Origin: Gammaproteobacteria bacterium
GTDB taxonomy: Bacteria; Pseudomonadota; Gammaproteobacteria; Eutrophobiales; Eutrophobiaceae
Assembly: GCA_965238225.1 (NCBI GenBank)
Contig: OZ250183.1
Location: forward strand, 1,312,001-1,376,000
Direction: 5' to 3'
Length of the DNA: 64,000 bases
A program made the position numbers and the translations under genes. Within the stretch, counting starts at the first letter, position 1. Each line of letters opens with the position of its first letter. Positions 58,838 to 64,000 of the stretch are shown here, piece by piece. The notes under the pieces are model-generated. The model did not search any database and was not told where the DNA came from. It worked only from the letters and a program-made list of their open reading frames with translations.

Positions 58838-59224
58838 ATGAAATTGAAATTTGAAGAAATTGCGCGACAGGTTCTGGATAAACTTCCATCTGATCTTGGC
58901 AAAATACAGTCACAATTTGCTTGTCTAAAAATTATTATTAATATACATAACAATAACTTAGGCAAAAAGTGCGTCATTTATTTTTTTGATGCATTTTAAT
59001 AAAACCAATGATGCAAGTGATTTTGTTACAATAAGATCCTGAGAGAGCAATAAAATCTTAAATCTGCGTTACAAGCTACTTTCTCTAGAATAGATCTCGT
59101 CTCACGAGAAGAATTTGATATCCAGACAGAATTACTCTCTCGCACACGTGCTTTGCTTGAAGAATTAGAAAAAAAAACCAGTGTCTTGGAGAAAATTATC
59201 TTGGAGAAAACAAAAAAACCATGA
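58838..59224 (+). pseudogene. ubiK: UbiK/YqiC (BMFP) accessory factor, interrupted
   Basis: MKLKFEEIARQVLDKLPSDLGKIQ, ~130 bp of non-matching DNA, then LKSALQATFSRIDLVSREEFDIQTELLSRTRALLEELEKK; usual position before comM. Confidence 0.75.
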
Positions 59225-59417
59225 TCTGCGCAAAAATATCATGATGTTTAAGGTCAGATATTTAATGAATATTAATTGACATAGCGCCCCTTCATCATAT
59301 GATGAATACTAAACTATTGGTATTTTTTAAGTAGTATCCTTGGGGATAACTATCTAGAAAAACTATAAAAGAGAGGGCTTTTGAGTCTGCAAATCAGCAG
59401 ATTATCGACGTCAATGG

Positions 59418-60935
59418 ATGATGAGTATCGCAATCACCTACAGCCGCGCACAAGTTGGCATTCAGGCACCACTGGTCACCATAGAAATTCATATCACACG
59501 GGGACTCCCCAGTCTTTCCATTGTTGGATTACCTGAAACGACGGTTAAAGAGAGTAAAGATAGAGTCCGTAGTGCTCTATTAAATAATCATTTTGAATTT
59601 CCCTTGGGTCGTATCACTATTAACCTTGCGCCTGCCGATTTACCTAAAGATGGGGCGCGTTTTGATTTGGCTATTGCCATGGGTGTCCTTGCAGCATCAG
59701 GACAAATACCCAAAGATTCACTGAATCAATATGAATTTGCTGGTGAACTGGCCTTGACTGGGGAACTTCGTTCCGTAAAAGGCATGCTGCCTTTTACTCA
59801 TGCCTGTTCACAACAAAACCACAAACTAATATTGCCCAGCTTAAATGCAAATGAAGCAGCACTTGTCTCTAATACAAAAATCTATCCAGCTGTGCATTTG
59901 ATGGAAGTTTGCTCACATATACACGGTGATGATCAGATTCCCTTATACACAGACAAACCTGAGATTGAAGATATTCATAGTCACTATGATTTCTCAGATG
60001 TGTGTGCTCAAAATCATGCCAAACGTGCCTTAGAAATCGCGGCAGCGGGTGGTCATAACCTAATCATGATTGGTCCGCCTGGTACAGGTAAAACTATGTT
60101 GGCAGAACGATTGCCCGGTATCTTACCGCCAATGACAGAACTGCAGGCATTGGAATCAGCAGCGGTCACCTCGGTGAGCAATCAAGGGTTCGATCCAAAA
60201 ACATGGAGACGACGCCCAATACGACATCCACATCACACGGCATCCGGCGTTGCTTTGGTCGGCGGCGGCAGTAATCCGCGCCCTGGTGAAATATCACTGG
60301 CACATCACGGCATCTTGTTTCTTGATGAATTGCCAGAATTTGATCGTCGTGTATTGGAAGTATTAAGAGAGCCTTTAGAGTCTGGGCGTATTGTGATTTC
60401 ACGTGCTGCAAACCAGGCTGAATTTCCCGCCGAATTCCAACTCATTGCCGCGATGAACCCCTGTCCCTGTGGCTACCTAGGTGATGCAAGCGGTCGTTGT
60501 AACTGTACAGAAGATCAAATCCGTCGTTACCGGCAAAAAATATCAGGGCCACTGCTTGATAGAATTGATATCCACATTGAAGTAGCAAAGGTAGCAAAAG
60601 AAGTCTTCCGGCAAAGTCAAAGCGCAAACACAGAAGACAGTCAAACCATACAAAAGCGTGTTGCCAAAGCTTACCAATTACAATTAAACCGATCAGGCAA
60701 AGCTAACCACAAACTTACAAACAAGGAGGTGAATCAATATTGCAAGATCAATGATACTGGGTCACAACTACTTAACACTGCAATAGATCGTTTAGGTTTA
60801 TCTGCCCGCGCTATCCATCGCATCCTGAAGGTTGCCAGAACCATTGCTGATTTATCAGCTACAATATCAATAGACTCAGCGCATTTAAGTGAAGCCATCA
60901 GTTACAGACGTTTAGATAGAAAAAATCTTGTGTAA
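59418..60935 (+). CDS. comM: YifB/ComM Mg-chelatase-like AAA+ ATPase
   Basis: IVGLP...VKESKDRVR, ITINLAPADLPK, GPPGTGKTMLA, PGEISLAH.G.LFLDE, AMNPCPCG, SGPLLDRID. Confidence 0.93.
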   Translation: MMSIAITYSRAQVGIQAPLVTIEIHITRGLPSLSIVGLPETTVKESKDRVRSALLNNHFEFPLGRITINLAPADLPKDGARFDLAIAMGVLAASGQIPKDSLNQYEFAGELALTGELRSVKGMLPFTHACSQQNHKLILPSLNANEAALVSNTKIYPAVHLMEVCSHIHGDDQIPLYTDKPEIEDIHSHYDFSDVCAQNHAKRALEIAAAGGHNLIMIGPPGTGKTMLAERLPGILPPMTELQALESAAVTSVSNQGFDPKTWRRRPIRHPHHTASGVALVGGGSNPRPGEISLAHHGILFLDELPEFDRRVLEVLREPLESGRIVISRAANQAEFPAEFQLIAAMNPCPCGYLGDASGRCNCTEDQIRRYRQKISGPLLDRIDIHIEVAKVAKEVFRQSQSANTEDSQTIQKRVAKAYQLQLNRSGKANHKLTNKEVNQYCKINDTGSQLLNTAIDRLGLSARAIHRILKVARTIADLSATISIDSAHLSEAISYRRLDRKNLV

Positions 60936-61005
60936 AAAATGAAATTCTATAAAAAATAAATTTATAAGCTTGCGCGTATAGATTAATTGAGGTCAAATTG
61001 AAATC

Positions 61006-61383
61006 ATGCAAACTGAACATGATATAGATATCGTTGTAGAAACAGATTACCTTCAGAATCAATCCGATCCGGATAATAAGCGATATGTATTTTCCTATAC
61101 CATCACCATCAAAAATAATGGATCAGTTGCCGCTCAATTGCTCAGACGTCGCTGGTTAATAACAGATGCCAATGACAAAACTCAAGAAGTCCGTGGAAAT
61201 GGTGTCATTGGTAAACAGCCATATCTACAAACAGGAGAAAAATTTACCTACACGAGTGCTACAATAATAGAAACACCCTTTGGCTATATGCGGGGAGGTT
61301 ATTATTTGATTGCTGATGATGGAATAGAATTTTATACAGCAATTCCTGCTTTCGGACTTTCCGCTCCGCATAGCTTGCATTAA
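61006..61383 (+). CDS. apaG: ApaG protein
   Basis: YVFSYTITI.N, QLL.R.W.ITD, V.G.GV.G.QP, YTS, G.M.G.Y. Confidence 0.93.
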   Translation: MQTEHDIDIVVETDYLQNQSDPDNKRYVFSYTITIKNNGSVAAQLLRRRWLITDANDKTQEVRGNGVIGKQPYLQTGEKFTYTSATIIETPFGYMRGGYYLIADDGIEFYTAIPAFGLSAPHSLH

Positions 61384-61397
61384 GCCCCTCAAATAAC

Positions 61398-62213
61398 ATG
61401 TCGACTTATGCAATTGGCGATATCCAAGGTTGTTTCAAAGAACTGCTTCAATTACTAGACGAAATTAATTTTGACGAAACAAATGATCGGCTATGGTTTA
61501 CGGGAGATCTCGTTAACCGAGGGCCAGCTTCACTTGAGGTATTAAATTTTGTTATGAAACTAGGTGGGTCAGCCATCACCGTCCTTGGTAATCACGACCT
61601 TCATCTTGTCGCCATTTTTGCAGGATTGACCAAACAAAAAGAGGCAGATACATTAACTCCTGTTCTTGTCTCGCCAGACAAAAATAAATTGATTACATGG
61701 ATACGAAAGCAATCATTAATGCATCATGATAAAGAATTAAACTTTTCTATAATCCATGCAGGTCTTCCTCCGCAGTGGGAAATTGACCAAGCATTGCAAT
61801 TATCTTCTGAAGTTACTCAGGCATTAAATGGTAAAAATTATCTTTCATTTCTTGCTGCTATGTATGGCAATAAGCCTAATATCTGGGATGAAAATTTAAC
61901 GGGCAATGATCGCCTGAGATTTATTGTAAATTGTTTTACGCGCATGCGTTATCTTGACAATAAACATGAATTAGACTTCTCTGAAAAAGGCGCGTGTGGT
62001 TCGCAAGGCAAACACTTAACACCATGGTTCATGATCAATGACAGAAAGACCAAGCATGACAAAATCATTTTTGGTCATTGGTCAACAGTACGTTTAGGAA
62101 CCATTCGAGACTTTACACCTTATAATGTTTACCCTGTAGATACAGGCTGTCTCTGGGGTGGAAAATTAACAGCGATGCGCCTAGAAGATGAGAAGCAGTT
62201 CAGTATACCGTAA
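61398..62213 (+). CDS. apaH: Symmetrical bis(5'-nucleosyl)-tetraphosphatase
   Basis: YAIGDIQGC, GDLVNRGP.SL, LGNHDLH, FTRMR, FGHW, DTGC.WGG. Confidence 0.96.
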   Translation: MSTYAIGDIQGCFKELLQLLDEINFDETNDRLWFTGDLVNRGPASLEVLNFVMKLGGSAITVLGNHDLHLVAIFAGLTKQKEADTLTPVLVSPDKNKLITWIRKQSLMHHDKELNFSIIHAGLPPQWEIDQALQLSSEVTQALNGKNYLSFLAAMYGNKPNIWDENLTGNDRLRFIVNCFTRMRYLDNKHELDFSEKGACGSQGKHLTPWFMINDRKTKHDKIIFGHWSTVRLGTIRDFTPYNVYPVDTGCLWGGKLTAMRLEDEKQFSIP

Positions 62214-62221
62214 CAACAAAA

Positions 62222-62710
62222 TCAAGCAACTCGCTCCAGCACCACAAAACTATAATCAAAATCATTCTGCTCATCCGTTAAGTGCGCTTCTCTTTCTACT
62301 TCAATCCATTCGCCCTTATCAAACTCAGGAAAATAAACATCGCCTTTTACATCTGCATGCACTTCTGTTAAATAAAGCCTGTGGGCGCTTGCCAATGATT
62401 TATTATAAACACCTGAACCGCCCATTATCATAACTTCTTCAACATCTCCTGCAACTTGAAATGCATCATCCAATAAATGAACCACCACACAACCTTCAGC
62501 TTTAAATTCTTTCGAACGACTTAGAATAATATTCTTCCTGCCCGGCAAGGGTCGGCCTACGGATTCATGAGTTTTACGTCCCATAATTAAAGGCTTGCCC
62601 ATGGTGACTTTTTTAAAATGTTTCAGATCTGCCGACAAGCGCCAAGGCAAACTACCCTCTAAACCAATCACACCCTTTTTATCCATGGCAACAATGATTG
62701 AAATAATCAT
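62222..62710 (-). CDS. folA: Dihydrofolate reductase
   Basis: MIISIIVAM...VIG....LPW.L.ADL.HFK..T.GKP.IMGRKT.ES.GRPLPGR.N; start ATG 62710. Confidence 0.95.
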   Translation of the reverse strand: MIISIIVAMDKKGVIGLEGSLPWRLSADLKHFKKVTMGKPLIMGRKTHESVGRPLPGRKNIILSRSKEFKAEGCVVVHLLDDAFQVAGDVEEVMIMGGSGVYNKSLASAHRLYLTEVHADVKGDVYFPEFDKGEWIEVEREAHLTDEQNDFDYSFVVLERVA

Positions 62711-62717
62711 AACAAAT

Positions 62718-63512
62718 TTAAACTGCAATATCCGCTTTGATAGCAGGATGGCATTTATATTCCTGTAAATCAAAGTCTTCATATTTAAAATCAAATATCG
62801 AGTCTACCGTTGGGTTAAGTTTCATTTTTGGCAACGCAAAAGCCTTACGAGTTAGCTGTTTGCTAGCTTGCTCTCGATGGTTAAGGTAAAGATGTGCATC
62901 GCCTAAAGTAATTATAAATTCTCCTAACTTCAATCCGCAAATCTGCGCTATCATCATGGTTAATAAAGCATAGGAGGCAATATTAAAAGGCAGTCCGAGG
63001 AAAATATCCGCACTGCGTTGGTATAATTGACAGGATAATTTCCCATTGGCGACATAAAATTGAAAAAATGCGTGACAAGGTGGCAATGCCATTTTGTCCA
63101 ATTCGCCTACATTCCAAGCACTGACAATCAAGCGGCGTGAATCTGGGTTATTTTTTATCTGTTTAATGACATCTGTTATTTGGTCTAAGGTTCTGCCGTC
63201 TGCTGTTTTCCATGTTCGCCATTGTGCGCCATAAATTCGACCTAGATTACCCTGCTCATCTGCCCATTTATTCCAAATAGTCACGCCATTGTCTGTTAGA
63301 TATTTAGTGTTAGTATCGCCTTTTAAAAACCATAACAATTCATAGATAATCGATTTTATATGCAGCTTCTTAGTGGTTATAGCAGGGAATCCGTCTTGCA
63401 AATCAAAACGCATTTGATAACCAAACGTGCTAATAGTACCAGTGTCGGTTCGGTCTTCTTTTTTGACACCATGCTCTTTAACGTATTTTATTAAATCTAG
63501 GTATTGTTTCAT
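62718..63512 (-). CDS. thyA: Thymidylate synthase
   Basis: DRT.TGT, ELLWFL.G, MALPPCH, YQRSAD.FLG.PFNIASY. Confidence 0.97.
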   Translation of the reverse strand: MKQYLDLIKYVKEHGVKKEDRTDTGTISTFGYQMRFDLQDGFPAITTKKLHIKSIIYELLWFLKGDTNTKYLTDNGVTIWNKWADEQGNLGRIYGAQWRTWKTADGRTLDQITDVIKQIKNNPDSRRLIVSAWNVGELDKMALPPCHAFFQFYVANGKLSCQLYQRSADIFLGLPFNIASYALLTMMIAQICGLKLGEFIITLGDAHLYLNHREQASKQLTRKAFALPKMKLNPTVDSIFDFKYEDFDLQEYKCHPAIKADIAV

Positions 63513-63632
63513 TATGTTTTACTTACATTACGTTTAGTGTTTTCCCGTCATGCATGGTTCATTATCTAAAAATACACAACTATATGGATACAAAAATTAA
63601 AACAAAGCACAAAACAAAGCCAAAAAATAATC

Positions 63633-64000
63633 TTAAGCGCGCTGTTGCAAATCCCTACAGGACAAAACCAGTAAAATTATACCGAGTAATATCATGGGCA
63701 AGGATAATGCCTGCCCCATTGTCACCCAACCAAATGCCAAATAACCTAGCTGCGCATCAGGTTCTCGTATCAATTCAATACTACTGCGAAATACTCCGTA
63801 GCCTAGTAAAAATAAACCAGATACTGCCATCTTTGGACGAGGTCTAGCAGAGTAAATCCACAGAATAATAAATAACACCAATCCTTCCAATAAGGCTTCA
63901 TATAATTGCGATGGATGTCTGGGTACGCTGCCCGCGTAAGGGTTAGGAAAAACCATTGCCCAAGGAAGCTCTGAAGGCATACCCCAGAGTTCACCATTAA
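63633..64000 (-). CDS. lgt: Prolipoprotein diacylglyceryl transferase, C-terminal part (truncated by window end)
   Basis: [30 protein letters not shown]; lgt-thyA synteny. Confidence 0.95.
   Translation of the reverse strand, partial: NGELWGMPSELPWAMVFPNPYAGSVPRHPSQLYEALLEGLVLFIILWIYSARPRPKMAVSGLFLLGYGVFRSSIELIREPDAQLGYLAFGWVTMGQALSLPMILLGIILLVLSCRDLQQRA

Overview
AT-rich chromosomal segment of a gammaproteobacterium. Most of it is housekeeping: proS (partial), arsC-wrbA, hda-perM-DUF2066/purM, trmJ/suhB, birA-coaX-SPOR, cysH/cysB/TauE, thiC with a TPP riboswitch, pcm-tolC, Hpt plus hybrid kinase, glmS, tRNA-Val/thrS-infC-rpmI-rplT-pheST-ihfA-merR-tRNA-Pro, lptD-surA-pdxA-rsmA, TRAP dctQM, aroE, comM, apaGH, folA-thyA-lgt (partial). 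Manual reading between the ORFs reveals many decayed genes (yihY, a type IV pilin, a sulfurtransferase, a lipase-like hydrolase, glnE, two amtB copies, ubiK, a small membrane gene between infC and rpmI) and several 12-21 bp tandem duplications, suggesting a genome under erosion, possibly host-associated (inference). The best leads are: (1) a hopanoid-modification cluster hpnL-I-J-K bracketed by two CDP-alcohol phosphotransferases, with hpnI broken by a -1 frameshift repairable at an A7 tract; (2) a datA-like DnaA-box/IHF element after rsmA; (3) a divergent VWA-TM-FHA / novel-domain-FHA pair; (4) concerted loss of the ammonium uptake and regulation module. No CRISPR array, rRNA, integrase or transposase was seen. 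All family calls come from motif recognition by eye; no database search was run.
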